From a virus, in IMG/VR virus record IMGVR_UViG_3300045988_140928, positions 88,692-152,691 of that record: a stretch of 64,000 nt of DNA, one strand, 5' to 3'. The notes beneath the pieces were generated by a model. That model worked only from the letters and a program-made list of their open reading frames with translations, was not told the origin of the DNA and did no database searches. Each line of letters starts with the position of its first letter. Within the stretch, counting starts at the first letter, position 1. Both the position numbers and the translations under genes were made by a program. Below, piece after piece: positions 42,328 to 52,056 of the stretch.

Positions 42328-43818
42328 TTATAGATTTACTACTAGTGGTGTAATTGTTTCTGGGGTAACATTTAACATTACTTGACTAGCAGAAGCATAA
42401 CAACCAAGTCGATCGCTATATTCGGTAGGGCCGATTAAGGAACCTGATTGAACAATCAACCCATTATTTTCTCTAATCATGAGTGAATGTAAGTGCCCTC
42501 CTACTAATGCGTCTAGTGTAGTATGTTCAAAAGCACCGACTTTAGCGAGACAATTATTATCATTAACCTTATCTAAGTCTCCATGAACAAAAGCTAGATT
42601 ATGATCTTGTACATTAATAATATGACGATATTCTGTATCTGGGTTAACAATCTTAAAATTAGTCATTGCCTTATTAGTATTCTTAAAGCTCTTAGTTAAT
42701 TCACGTGCCACTACTGCTACGCTATCTCCATAAAGTTGATCTTTCTTATTAGGTGCAAAACGATCGTGGTTACCAGCTAATTCAGTAAATTCAAATTGAA
42801 TATTAGGAAAGCTAATAGCTAGACTAGAAAGGAAACTGTCTTGTAGTTCAGTAGCTTTAACAATCTGATTAGATAATTCAAATTCAGTGTAGTAACCTTG
42901 GTTTTGTCTCATCTGGGAGTTTTCAATTAAGTCTCCTAGGTTAACAATCTTAATATTACTTGGTTTATATAGCTTAACTGCTCTACAGATAGCTTGAATG
43001 TATTTATTTAAGCGTTGCTGAGCAATTGCATAGCTGTATTCATTGTTCTTAAGCTCTACTTTAGCTCCAATATGCCAATCAGAGGTAATAACAATTAAAG
43101 TATCATTCTTATTTATGCTGAGACTATCTTTTACATATCTATTAGTATGAATAACCCTAGGCTTACTAATATTTTTAATTAATTCACGACTAAAGATTGT
43201 TTGGTCTGTAAGTTTACGTTGTAATTTATTAAGCTCACGGTTTTTATTTTGTAGCTCCCGTTTCTTAATCTGATATTCGCCTAATTCACTACCAAAGGCT
43301 TTATTAACGAATTGTTGTTCAGTCATTGAAAGCTCTTGTCGAGGTGACTGCTCTAGTTCATCCTTACGTCTCATGACTAATTCTTTAAAGTCTTTACTTG
43401 GTGAAAATACTAAATCTAATTCTTTAGCCTTAGTTCTAACTTTACGCCACGAAATAGACTTACTTGGACTAGCATTTTCTAATTCTCTAACAATCATAAC
43501 AACCTTGTCTAATTCAGTCGTTGGGATAGATAATACTTCATCTCTAGTATTAACATAATGAACTTTAACGGGTGAAGAAGTGAAACCTAGAACAGATTCA
43601 ATAGTTTCACTACCCTCTTTAACACTCATATAAACTTTATGAGCATTACTATTTTTATCAGATAAATCACTAATGAATTGATCTAGGTCTTTAGAGTTGA
43701 TTGTTTTTTGATTGTAGTCTCTTAAATAAGAGTTGATAATACCAAGAGAAACTTGGTTATTAAATTTACGAGCAATATCACCTAAAATTGCATATACAAG
43801 CTTTGTATTGATTAGCAA
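42328..43818 (-). CDS. metallophosphoesterase-domain protein (second Mre11/SbcD-like nuclease or phosphatase)
   Basis: C-terminal half carries SDWHIG, LGDLIE, AGNHD, VHGD and GGHLH. Confidence 0.7.
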   Translation of the reverse strand: MLINTKLVYAILGDIARKFNNQVSLGIINSYLRDYNQKTINSKDLDQFISDLSDKNSNAHKVYMSVKEGSETIESVLGFTSSPVKVHYVNTRDEVLSIPTTELDKVVMIVRELENASPSKSISWRKVRTKAKELDLVFSPSKDFKELVMRRKDELEQSPRQELSMTEQQFVNKAFGSELGEYQIKKRELQNKNRELNKLQRKLTDQTIFSRELIKNISKPRVIHTNRYVKDSLSINKNDTLIVITSDWHIGAKVELKNNEYSYAIAQQRLNKYIQAICRAVKLYKPSNIKIVNLGDLIENSQMRQNQGYYTEFELSNQIVKATELQDSFLSSLAISFPNIQFEFTELAGNHDRFAPNKKDQLYGDSVAVVARELTKSFKNTNKAMTNFKIVNPDTEYRHIINVQDHNLAFVHGDLDKVNDNNCLAKVGAFEHTTLDALVGGHLHSLMIRENNGLIVQSGSLIGPTEYSDRLGCYASASQVMLNVTPETITPLVVNL

Positions 43819-43826
43819 ACCTTCCC

Positions 43827-44726
43827 TTACTCTAACGAATTAAGTAATAGGTTTTGTAAGTTAATCTCTGATACAGCATAGCCAACCTTACCAATTGGCT
43901 GTTTAGGAATAAAAGTATTCTTTGTTAGGAATTCTTTTAGTTTTGTATTATTATAAGCACTAGGATGTAATACTAAATACTTAGCTACAGAATTCTTAGA
44001 GGCTTTAATATCAAAAGTAACTAAAACATCTGCTTGTTGATATTGACCTAAGACAAAACGAGACTTACGGTAGTCTCCCTCTTCTCTAGCAATGACAATA
44101 TAAGTATCTTGATACTTAATCAATGTACTATCTGGTTTGGTATACATATTAATCACTTTAGGCATGTAGTAATAAAGTTTGTTAGATTGTACATAGAAAT
44201 GTGTGTTAACTACGACCCTAGTGTTAATAAAGTTGTAAACATCTTTAGTGTCTAAATTAGGAATTTTTAGACCATATTCTAATTTATCTAATTCTTCGAT
44301 TAAGTTATATGACTTATCACGTTCTTGATCATATAAAATTGGTAAAATTCCTGTAAAATAAGAAACCATTGCTAAAACATTAGGTCTCATATTATCAGAG
44401 TAATAACTAAAACCATATCCTTCACATATTATACTACAATTTCCAATATTTTTAGTAGTTTTTTCATAATTTGTCCAATAAGGATTAAAAGATATAAATT
44501 CTTGACCAGCTAAGCTAAATAAATTTGTTTGTGGAGATAAAGCGATTCCGATTAAAACAATCTTAACCGGCTCTTGTGGTGTAATACCTTCCAATTGACT
44601 TAAGTAGCTAATTGAATACATATCTACTTTATAGCCTTTATTCATATAATAAGATCTTGCTAGTAAACCAGCTAAGTAGCTTATTCTATCTGTATGGTGA
44701 TAGATAATAACAGGTTTTTTAGTCAT
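43827..44726 (-). CDS. hypothetical protein
   Basis: ORF track. First gene after promoter copy C. Confidence 0.75.
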   Translation of the reverse strand: MTKKPVIIYHHTDRISYLAGLLARSYYMNKGYKVDMYSISYLSQLEGITPQEPVKIVLIGIALSPQTNLFSLAGQEFISFNPYWTNYEKTTKNIGNCSIICEGYGFSYYSDNMRPNVLAMVSYFTGILPILYDQERDKSYNLIEELDKLEYGLKIPNLDTKDVYNFINTRVVVNTHFYVQSNKLYYYMPKVINMYTKPDSTLIKYQDTYIVIAREEGDYRKSRFVLGQYQQADVLVTFDIKASKNSVAKYLVLHPSAYNNTKLKEFLTKNTFIPKQPIGKVGYAVSEINLQNLLLNSLE

Positions 44727-44757
44727 TCTTACACATCCTTTCTCTTTTATGCTTTAA

Positions 44758-44785
44758 GTATAACATTTGTAGTTAAAAATTCAAC
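44758..44785 (-). promoter_or_regulatory. conserved phage promoter module, copy C
   Basis: Minus strand: TTGAAT (44785-80), 16 nt, TGTTATACT (-10 at 44763-58). Confidence 0.6.
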
Positions 44786-44804
44786 TATTATTGTAATAAA
44801 AAGC

Positions 44805-44837
44805 AAAATAAAAAGAGGTTAAATTAATAACCTCTTT
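44805..44837 (-). terminator. intrinsic terminator
   Basis: AAGAGGTTA/TAACCTCTT stem followed on the minus strand by TTTTATTTT. Confidence 0.7.
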
Positions 44838-44841
44838 AATC

Positions 44842-45051
44842 TTATTTACTTGGAACATTAAAGGCTGGAACTTTAGCAGTATCACCAATAATCTTACCAT
44901 CTGTGTAAGCTACTGTATATTCTCCGTCTTTAACTGCTTGACCAGCTTGTAAGCCTTTAAGATCTACTGTGTTTTTACCAATTTCGCTTTGAGCTACTAA
45001 GCTACCAGCTTGGTTAAACACTTCTAAGATCAATCCTTGTCCGTTATCCAT
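44842..45051 (-). CDS. single beta-domain protein (paralog family with the three genes upstream)
   Basis: Shares the ~65-aa module (L.v.n..G.....g..g...v.l..L.....y..G.Y.va......g....v.vP.F) with 45064, 45327 and 45969. Confidence 0.7.
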   Translation of the reverse strand: MDNGQGLILEVFNQAGSLVAQSEIGKNTVDLKGLQAGQAVKDGEYTVAYTDGKIIGDTAKVPAFNVPSK

Positions 45052-45063
45052 GTTTTGTCCCCC

Positions 45064-45315
45064 TTATTCTGCATTAATTGTTGTTTTATTGTCACTTGCA
45101 ACTACTTTGATACTTGTCGGTTTTTCAATTGCCGTGCTTAAGATAATTTCAGGTACATCTACTAAGTCAGACAGGTTAGTACCCTCACTGAATGCTACTT
45201 TATATTCCCCAGCTTTAACATTTTCTTTAGTAACAAGGGTAACAGTATTACCTTGTCCTTCATTAATCAATTTACCATTCTTAAACAGTAGTAATTGCAG
45301 TCCTTGATTATTCAT
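45064..45315 (-). CDS. single beta-domain protein (same paralog family)
   Basis: As above. Confidence 0.7.
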   Translation of the reverse strand: MNNQGLQLLLFKNGKLINEGQGNTVTLVTKENVKAGEYKVAFSEGTNLSDLVDVPEIILSTAIEKPTSIKVVASDNKTTINAE

Positions 45316-45326
45316 CAGTTAAACCT

Positions 45327-45953
45327 CTAAGCTTGTGCCGGAGCTGAACTAGTTGGTTGATCTGAAGCTGGTTGTGCTGATGCCGGTTCGGTAGAAGTTG
45401 TACTTGCAGTAGGACTTGCAGAATTATCTTGACTAGCTGAGCTTGCAGGTGTAGAAGCATGTGTAGTTTCAGACTTAGGAGCTGGTGCAGTAACAGTTAC
45501 TTGAATTTTAGTACTTGCATTACCGTCTTTAGAGGTAAAGTTAATATTAGTTTGTCCCGCTTTAATAAGACTAACTGTAAAGGTATTGTCATTAGTAACA
45601 ACGTCTGCAATTGTCTTGTCTTCACTAGCTACATTAATTGTTCTATCTGTAGCATCTGCTGGAGTAATAGTAAAGCTATTAGTTAACTTAGTTCCCTCTA
45701 CACCAGTTAAAGCAGTTTGACTAAGGTTAATACTCTCTACTAATACAGCAAGTGTTCTAAAGTCTGGTACACTAACCTTTTCGCTAGTATCACCATTGTC
45801 CTTTACCCAAGCAATTTGATAAGTACCTTCTGCGTAGTCAGTAACAGGAGTTAAATTATCTAGTTCAATCTCTTTTACACCGGGTTGACCGGTAGCAATT
45901 ACTTGTCCATTTTTATTGTAGATAACTAAATGTTCATTAGTTCTATCTTCCAT
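45327..45953 (-). CDS. Ig-like (Big_2) domain protein with low-complexity S/T/A/P tail
   Basis: N-terminal family module, then VESINLSQTALTGVEGTK...ITPADATDRTINVASEDKTIADV...AGQTNINFTSKDGNASTKIQVTV (Big_2 pattern). Confidence 0.75.
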   Translation of the reverse strand: MEDRTNEHLVIYNKNGQVIATGQPGVKEIELDNLTPVTDYAEGTYQIAWVKDNGDTSEKVSVPDFRTLAVLVESINLSQTALTGVEGTKLTNSFTITPADATDRTINVASEDKTIADVVTNDNTFTVSLIKAGQTNINFTSKDGNASTKIQVTVTAPAPKSETTHASTPASSASQDNSASPTASTTSTEPASAQPASDQPTSSAPAQA

Positions 45954-45968
45954 TTATTGTCCTTCTTT

Positions 45969-46562
45969 CTAATCTACTGTAATAGCTACAGCTTTAGATT
46001 TAGGTTTGACGGTTACATTGGCAGGCGCTTCTGGCTTTTCTCTAACTTCTACGTGTATGGTGGTTTGAGCTTTACCACCGTCTAATGCAGTAAATACAAT
46101 ATCCGTTTCGCCTGCTTTTACAAAATTGATTTCATAGATACCTTGTTGATTATTATATTTAGCAAAAGCAATATTTTCGTTTTTGCTCTCTGCTTTAACA
46201 TTAGTATTAGAAGTATTAAGAGGATAGTAATTTCCGGGAATAACAGGCTTAATTTCCCCCTCAGTACCATCAATTTCTTTTCCAACGTTAATATCAAAGC
46301 TTTCCATAATAACAGGTTTAGTTCTAAAAGCAGGGAGTTGCATACGACCACTACCATTACCTTGTTCGCTATAATAAGCAATACTATAGGTACCCGCCGG
46401 GTAGAATGTATCTGGTTGTAATCCAGTAATTATAACCTTATTCTCACCCATTTTACCAACACTAAGCTTATCTGGTGATTGTAGCCCTTTAAAAGCAACT
46501 AATTGCTGTTTAGTCCGATCACCCGACATAATAAATTTTGGCTCATATTGAAAAGGTAGCAT
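45969..46562 (-). CDS. Ig-like (Big_2) domain protein
   Basis: N-terminal family module plus a Big_2-like segment (...VKAGETDIVFTALDGGKAQTTIHVEV). Confidence 0.75.
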   Translation of the reverse strand: MLPFQYEPKFIMSGDRTKQQLVAFKGLQSPDKLSVGKMGENKVIITGLQPDTFYPAGTYSIAYYSEQGNGSGRMQLPAFRTKPVIMESFDINVGKEIDGTEGEIKPVIPGNYYPLNTSNTNVKAESKNENIAFAKYNNQQGIYEINFVKAGETDIVFTALDGGKAQTTIHVEVREKPEAPANVTVKPKSKAVAITVD

Positions 46563-46582
46563 TTAATCTTCCTTTCACTCTA

Positions 46583-47167
46583 TTACTTTTCTTTGTCAGT
46601 ATTTACTGTAGCAGATTTAGCCTTTGGATCTACACTTGGGCTTTGTGGTGCTGATGGCTTAGCTGGTTGCGATGAAACGGGTTCACCATTTTCTTTTAAG
46701 TCTGCCACCAATTCAGCAAAGGTTACAAGACGTGAGTCATAACCAGAAATATTGTAAGTACCATGAATATGAGCTTGTAAAGCTTCTAACATAGGTTGAC
46801 CAGCGTCTTCGCCAATATACTTAGACTTACGCAATACATGGTAAGCTTCAAATGGTTGTTGTTCCTTATGATCTTGTCTCCAAATAATTTCTTTCTTATC
46901 TGCATCCGTAGTAACAACTAATTCACCTTTTGTTGGGTCAGAAGCTTGTTCTAGTTTTTCAAGATGGTAAATATCAGTACCAACAATACCAAAGATTAAA
47001 ACGTCTGCACCACGTGGATCAAATAAATCACCAAAGTCAGTAACGTCTTTAATAACAATGAATTTCTTATCTAAATCACTAGCTTTTACTTTACTTGCTT
47101 TAACAATCAAATCTCTTAATGCGTCATTACGAGCCTTTTCTGCTTTTTCTGCGGAATGTAATTCCAT
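46583..47167 (-). CDS. hypothetical protein
   Basis: ORF track. Confidence 0.75.
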   Translation of the reverse strand: MELHSAEKAEKARNDALRDLIVKASKVKASDLDKKFIVIKDVTDFGDLFDPRGADVLIFGIVGTDIYHLEKLEQASDPTKGELVVTTDADKKEIIWRQDHKEQQPFEAYHVLRKSKYIGEDAGQPMLEALQAHIHGTYNISGYDSRLVTFAELVADLKENGEPVSSQPAKPSAPQSPSVDPKAKSATVNTDKEK

Positions 47168-47236
47168 ATTATTTCATCCTCTCTTTTGTTATCTTTTTCT
47201 AATATAGTTACTTTTAACCTAATTATTAAAATTTGA

Positions 47237-47995
47237 TTAAAGATAAGCTTTCATTAATTTAACTAAAGTACCATACTCTTTTTCTAATTCACTCTTATTT
47301 AAGTGGTATTGTTCTTTTACTTTTTCCTTGGCTTCCTTAGCCGTTAATCCATCTTTAGCAATATAATCTACTAATGAATGTAATTCAGGGTCATTGTAAC
47401 CTTGAAGCTTAAAAGCAGAATGGATTTCAGCTAAGCTATTATCCATTTCATTAGTGTTAGGCGTATCAATAGCCTCTGAAACAATTCCTCGAACTTTACC
47501 ATCTTTACGTTGTACACGATTATATTTGCTCTTACGTGAATAACTAAAAGTAACCGGAGCTTTTCCATATTGTAGATCTGCTATCTCTTCTACGCTCTTA
47601 TTACCATCTTTTAAGGGTGTAATATGCGACTTATAGTCTTGAATAGAGTCGAGATAACTTCCTCTAATTCTAGTAGGTAGCATTTTAGCAATATAACCCG
47701 GAAAATCCATTCCATTACTCATATCAAATTCTCTTACAAGGTCAATAAATACTTCTGTAATGTAAGCATATAGGTCTTGTCTTTCTGCATAGGTCATATT
47801 GATATTACCGAACCTACGTCCCATGTTATGAATTAAGTTAGAATATTGTTTAATTAGTTGTTCATAGTCTCTTACAAATGTAATGTTATGATTACTGTTT
47901 CCGATATAAACACCATTTAAGCTGTTAAATACGTTTTTATTATCTGTGTTATATCCAGTAATTCGATCTTTTTTATTAATCTTTTTTCTTGCCAT
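47237..47995 (-). CDS. phage RNA polymerase sigma-like factor
   Basis: QDLYAYITEVFIDLVREFDMSNGMDFPGYIAKMLPTRIRGSYLD resembles sigma-70 region 2. Position next to the RecA-like gene matches SPO1-like phages. Confidence 0.5.
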   Translation of the reverse strand: MARKKINKKDRITGYNTDNKNVFNSLNGVYIGNSNHNITFVRDYEQLIKQYSNLIHNMGRRFGNINMTYAERQDLYAYITEVFIDLVREFDMSNGMDFPGYIAKMLPTRIRGSYLDSIQDYKSHITPLKDGNKSVEEIADLQYGKAPVTFSYSRKSKYNRVQRKDGKVRGIVSEAIDTPNTNEMDNSLAEIHSAFKLQGYNDPELHSLVDYIAKDGLTAKEAKEKVKEQYHLNKSELEKEYGTLVKLMKAYL

Positions 47996-48061
47996 TAAAG
48001 ATAAAAATTCTCCTCTCTACTAATTATTTTAAAGTAAAGGAAGAATAAATAAATTTATGTA

Positions 48062-48092
48062 TAGAAAAAGACAGCTACAATCGTAACTGTCT
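48062..48092 (-). terminator. intrinsic terminator
   Basis: AGACAG/CTGTCT stem followed on the minus strand by TTTTTCT. Confidence 0.5.
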
Positions 48093-48098
48093 TCTCTT

Positions 48099-48395
48099 TT
48101 AATCATATAATGATGAGCCATCTTCCCAACAAGATCTTTCATCAAAGTCATGACAAATTAAAGAATTATAAGTAATAGTATAAGGCATCTTTTCTCCTGT
48201 TGCTTTGTTTAAAACATAACCATAAACAAAGTGAGGATAAAGTTTAGTAAAGGTAACTTTAGTTGCTGAATCTGGAACATAAATATTGTGTTCAACAATT
48301 AAAGCTTGTTCGCCTTTTTCGATATGCTTACTTAACTTTTCTTTAATAACACTAACTTGGTCAACCAAGCCATTACGTAAATTTGTCATTAGCAC
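48099..48395 (-). CDS. hypothetical protein
   Basis: ORF track. Confidence 0.7.
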   Translation of the reverse strand: MLMTNLRNGLVDQVSVIKEKLSKHIEKGEQALIVEHNIYVPDSATKVTFTKLYPHFVYGYVLNKATGEKMPYTITYNSLICHDFDERSCWEDGSSLYD

Positions 48396-48399
48396 CGTC

Positions 48400-49650
48400 C
48401 TAAATTAAGTCTTTAACTTCATTAGTAATATCATCTGGAATATTGCCTGCTTGTAGTTCTTCTTTAAAGTGCTTGTAATTGTAGTGTTGCTGTTCTTCGG
48501 GTAATTGTTCTTGTTGCTGTACATAGTAAGCACGTAAACCTTTAATCATGGGGAAGTCTTGTTCGTGCATGAATAGGCTTGTATTGAATAAAGGTGGATA
48601 GCACTTAGGGAAGTACATTAACAAGAGTCTTTGCCAGATTTCATCTCGAATAGCTTGATTTTCCGGCTCTTTTAATTTTAATACTAAATTATAAACATTG
48701 CTACCTTTAATTTCGTCTCCATTGTCATTTACATATTTAGGAGAACGACCAGTAGAAATAAGTCCATTTTCTTGAGCTGAGTTTACTAAGTTATATTCAA
48801 AGTCATAACCAGACTCACCAAGAATACACATAGTAAAGTCTGATCCCCAGTTGTCTCCAACTTTAGACTTAACAACTTTAACTCTAGTATTAGTACCGAT
48901 TGGTTCAGTGTCAGCCGACTTAGCTTTAATTTTACCAGATTGAGCAAAGCTAATATCTGTAGATAACAAGTGTTCCCATCCTTCACCACCTACAGACTTA
49001 ATTGTTGCATAGCGAGGATTCATAGCATTAAGATCAGCACGAGCCTGATTAATAGCAAGTAAAGTACCATTATTATAAATCAAATTAGCTTGGAGCTTAC
49101 GACTTATAGTATTAAGGGCTTTAGCTTGTTGCCCCATAGTTTGACCGCCTAATTCAGTATTTACTTGCATTTCTGATTGAGTAAACCCAACACTATCCCA
49201 AACAAAAATAGTTTGCTGATCTGGATCTGCGTTATGGATTTTTGCAAGAGTTTCAATCATAATCCTACCAACTTCTTCAATAGATAGCTCTTGGACGCTA
49301 CCATCTTTTTTATGTGTAGGAGTATAGGTAAGAACTTTAGATGTATCTACTCCTAAATGTTCAAGGCGGGAATTATTTTGCGTTCCTTCTAAGTCAAAGT
49401 AAACTACAATGGCTCCCATCTTAATAGCATTTTTAATAATATTACCAGAAAATGTACTTTTACCACTAGATTTTTTTCCAAAGGCTTGGGTAACTCGTCC
49501 AGAACCCGGAAGTCCTCCTACCATATTGTAATCAAAGACAGGGATTAAAGTTGGGTACCAATCATTAATTTCTCCACTATCTGTTTGGTTAAAGGTAGTA
49601 AGTTTCGGGTCTTTATTAAGCTCCCCAATAATATCAGTAATTTTAGACAA
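48400..49650 (-). CDS. RecA/UvsX-like recombinase
   Basis: Walker A GKKSSGKST, Walker B-like IFVWDSVG, and RecA-like size. Confidence 0.7.
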   Translation of the reverse strand: MSKITDIIGELNKDPKLTTFNQTDSGEINDWYPTLIPVFDYNMVGGLPGSGRVTQAFGKKSSGKSTFSGNIIKNAIKMGAIVVYFDLEGTQNNSRLEHLGVDTSKVLTYTPTHKKDGSVQELSIEEVGRIMIETLAKIHNADPDQQTIFVWDSVGFTQSEMQVNTELGGQTMGQQAKALNTISRKLQANLIYNNGTLLAINQARADLNAMNPRYATIKSVGGEGWEHLLSTDISFAQSGKIKAKSADTEPIGTNTRVKVVKSKVGDNWGSDFTMCILGESGYDFEYNLVNSAQENGLISTGRSPKYVNDNGDEIKGSNVYNLVLKLKEPENQAIRDEIWQRLLLMYFPKCYPPLFNTSLFMHEQDFPMIKGLRAYYVQQQEQLPEEQQHYNYKHFKEELQAGNIPDDITNEVKDLI

Positions 49651-49665
49651 AACAATCTCTCCTTA

Positions 49666-51063
49666 TTACTTTAAATTAGCTAAGAATGAGTCAACATCAG
49701 AACTAGCATTTAGATTAGCTAATGGATCTGGTGTTGTATTAGGTTGGGGTTGTTGTGCAGGCGTAGTTGGTTGTACTGGAGCTTGACTAGCTGGTGCGGT
49801 AGGGGCTGATGTTGGCGTTGGTTCTTGCATATCAGCAGGGCTAGGGAACGGCATACTTAAATCGTCCTCTGGAGTATCTGTAGTAGGTTGTGAGAACTGA
49901 TTAGTAAAATTCCCTTGAGTTGGCGCAGAAGAGCTTACAGGAGCTTGTGGGGCTGATTGTGAGGGTGCTGTCGATTGTTGTGTTTGCGGTTGAGTAAAGT
50001 TAGAAGCGGGTTGACCAGTCATGTTGGCAACAACATCTACCTTCTGGGCTTGAGGTTGAGTAGGTGCGGTAGGTTGTGTGTTATTCATAGGAGCTTGTGG
50101 GACTGGTTGACCATTCATAGGCGCTTGGTTGTTAGCAGGAGCCTTAGGTGCTTGAGTTTGGCTAGGGAATGGTAAGTCACCTGCACCTACTTGTGGAGCT
50201 TGACTAAAGTTAGCACCTGTAGCATATGGATTAGAACTTACTTGAGCCAATTGAGTATTGTAGGATTGAGTAAGTTGATTAAGAACAATTTGGTAGAAGT
50301 TTGGATCTGATTCTACTAAAGGCTTAGCTTCCTTTTCAATATCATCTACATACTTCATATTACCTTGATCGTCACGTTCTAGGTAATTAAAGTTCATAGC
50401 AGGTAAAATCATAGATTGGTTAACACTAGCATTCCAGCTACCGACACCGCCATTAGGAGCGTCAACAAACTTTGCACTAACTGGCATTGTTTCACCGGCA
50501 GTCATAAATTGTGCTTGGTCATTAAACATTGGTTGACCGGTTCGTGCATTCGTATAAGGCATTTCTGGAGTAAGTAAAGAAGAGATAGCATACATACCAG
50601 AGTAACTAATTTGATATGCTTCTACAGCGGGACGGCCTTGATTGTCTACTGCTTGAGCATAAGTACCATTTTGGTTAGTAACAGGAACACCTAGGAAATA
50701 AGTACGAGCACGGATAGATAGTGGAAAACGTCCAGAAGCTAATTTAATAGTATCTACTGCATAACCCTTTTCATCTTTAGCACCTTTGTCTTTATTAAAT
50801 TGAATAACAGTGTTAAGAAGTTTAGCTAACTGATCGTTTGGGTTGTTAGGATCAACAATAACTGGTAAGGCTGTAACACTACCATCTTTCTTAGTAAAGC
50901 TAACCCATGCTTCACGGAATTGAACGAAAGGAAATCCACCATTTTCTAATGGTAAGATTCGACCAAAAAATGCTTGCTTTTTGCCTAATGTAGTAGGACG
51001 GAAGTTATTTTCGTTGCTGTTTGAGTTAAGTTGGTTAATTACGTCTGCGAAATTCATTGCCAT
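49666..51063 (-). CDS. putative ssDNA-binding protein with long P/Q/A/T-rich low-complexity C-terminal half
   Basis: Call rests on position beside the recombinase and on the globular N-terminal ~280 aa plus a low-complexity tail with an acidic end. No motif was recognised with certainty. Confidence 0.35.
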   Translation of the reverse strand: MAMNFADVINQLNSNSNENNFRPTTLGKKQAFFGRILPLENGGFPFVQFREAWVSFTKKDGSVTALPVIVDPNNPNDQLAKLLNTVIQFNKDKGAKDEKGYAVDTIKLASGRFPLSIRARTYFLGVPVTNQNGTYAQAVDNQGRPAVEAYQISYSGMYAISSLLTPEMPYTNARTGQPMFNDQAQFMTAGETMPVSAKFVDAPNGGVGSWNASVNQSMILPAMNFNYLERDDQGNMKYVDDIEKEAKPLVESDPNFYQIVLNQLTQSYNTQLAQVSSNPYATGANFSQAPQVGAGDLPFPSQTQAPKAPANNQAPMNGQPVPQAPMNNTQPTAPTQPQAQKVDVVANMTGQPASNFTQPQTQQSTAPSQSAPQAPVSSSAPTQGNFTNQFSQPTTDTPEDDLSMPFPSPADMQEPTPTSAPTAPASQAPVQPTTPAQQPQPNTTPDPLANLNASSDVDSFLANLK

Positions 51064-51320
51064 TAGTTGTTTCCTCCGTTGCTCTTTTCTTCTGTATCAT
51101 CTTCGTTTAAGGTGTCGTACATAGCACCAATAGTTTCTAATAGTCCTTTTTTAGAAAGACCATAGCGTTGCATAGTGTTTACAAAGCCAACCGTAAAGTC
51201 GCTTAGCATATCACTAGCATTTTTACCTTGTTTAGGGTAGTCTTCAAATAGAACATTAGTTAAAAGATTACCCTTATTATCGTCTTTGCTAACGACAATA
51301 ATTCTACGTTCCTCTGTCAT
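51063..51320 (-). CDS. hypothetical protein
   Basis: ORF track. ATGA-type overlaps on both sides. Confidence 0.7.
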   Translation of the reverse strand: MTEERRIIVVSKDDNKGNLLTNVLFEDYPKQGKNASDMLSDFTVGFVNTMQRYGLSKKGLLETIGAMYDTLNEDDTEEKSNGGNN

Positions 51321-52030
51321 TAAGCTACTCCTTTCATTCGCTTATCGTGTAGCTGGCTAAATTCATTAGGACTTAATTTTCCTAAGTTTACAAGTTCATT
51401 TTCGATCTTATCTAAGACCATGTTTTTATCATTTACATTATTAACGAAATCTACATTATCTAAATCTAGTTTAAGAACTGGAGTGTTACCATAGGAGTTA
51501 TACCAATCTCGATAAATATTCCACACAGATTTATAATATTCTGTTAGCTTAGGGTCTGTAGTTTCCATTTCACGTCCACGTTTAGCGATATTACTTAACA
51601 TTTGTTCAAAAGGAGCTTCCAAGTAAATAATTAAATCTGGACCCATGAAAGGATGACCAGCTACATTACGTTGCATAATGTTATTAAGACGTAAGTAATC
51701 CTTATAAAGGATTTCTGGGAACTCACCACGATTATAAAGGTTATGGCTCATAATACCGTCACTAATGAGTGAGGAGTCATATACAGTATTTGTAATACCC
51801 TCTAACCCTAAATGAACGCCCTCCATAAGTTGTTCATACCGATAGTCTAAAAATTCAATTTGAACTACAAATGATTTAAGTTCTCTTGAAATCTTACCGT
51901 CTTCATAAAAACTATTTAATAACGGGATTTTTTCTGGCTCTTCCAAAAATGCAGGTGTTCCTAAATCCTTAGACAAAATCTTAGCTAAACTTGTTTTACC
52001 AATACCAATTGGTGCATTAATATAAATAAT
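51320..52030 (-). CDS. deoxynucleoside kinase (probable ATT start)
   Basis: The P-loop NAPIGIGKTS lies upstream of the first canonical start (TTG 51976). The frame is open back to the TAG at 52045-43. AGGAG (52044-40) sits 9 nt before the ATT at 52030. RGREME and other dNK features lie downstream. Confidence 0.7.
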   Translation of the reverse strand: MIYINAPIGIGKTSLAKILSKDLGTPAFLEEPEKIPLLNSFYEDGKISRELKSFVVQIEFLDYRYEQLMEGVHLGLEGITNTVYDSSLISDGIMSHNLYNRGEFPEILYKDYLRLNNIMQRNVAGHPFMGPDLIIYLEAPFEQMLSNIAKRGREMETTDPKLTEYYKSVWNIYRDWYNSYGNTPVLKLDLDNVDFVNNVNDKNMVLDKIENELVNLGKLSPNEFSQLHDKRMKGVA

Positions 52031-52056
52031 TAAAATCCACTCCTATACGTAACTTG

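Noticed and set aside
43827-44726. DHH-family phosphoesterase call for the 299-aa protein (N-terminal IIYHHTD)
   Set aside because: The DxD, DHH and GGGH motifs are not present, so it is left as a hypothetical protein.
34773-50175. Shadow ORFs 34773..34979, 35235..35444, 36465..36662, 39388..39660, 40814..40999, 43373..43558, 45050..45307, 45459..45686, 46118..46381, 46143..46421, 48786..48989 and 49975..50175
   Set aside because: Each is nested in or antisense to a longer ORF with better context or recognisable motifs.
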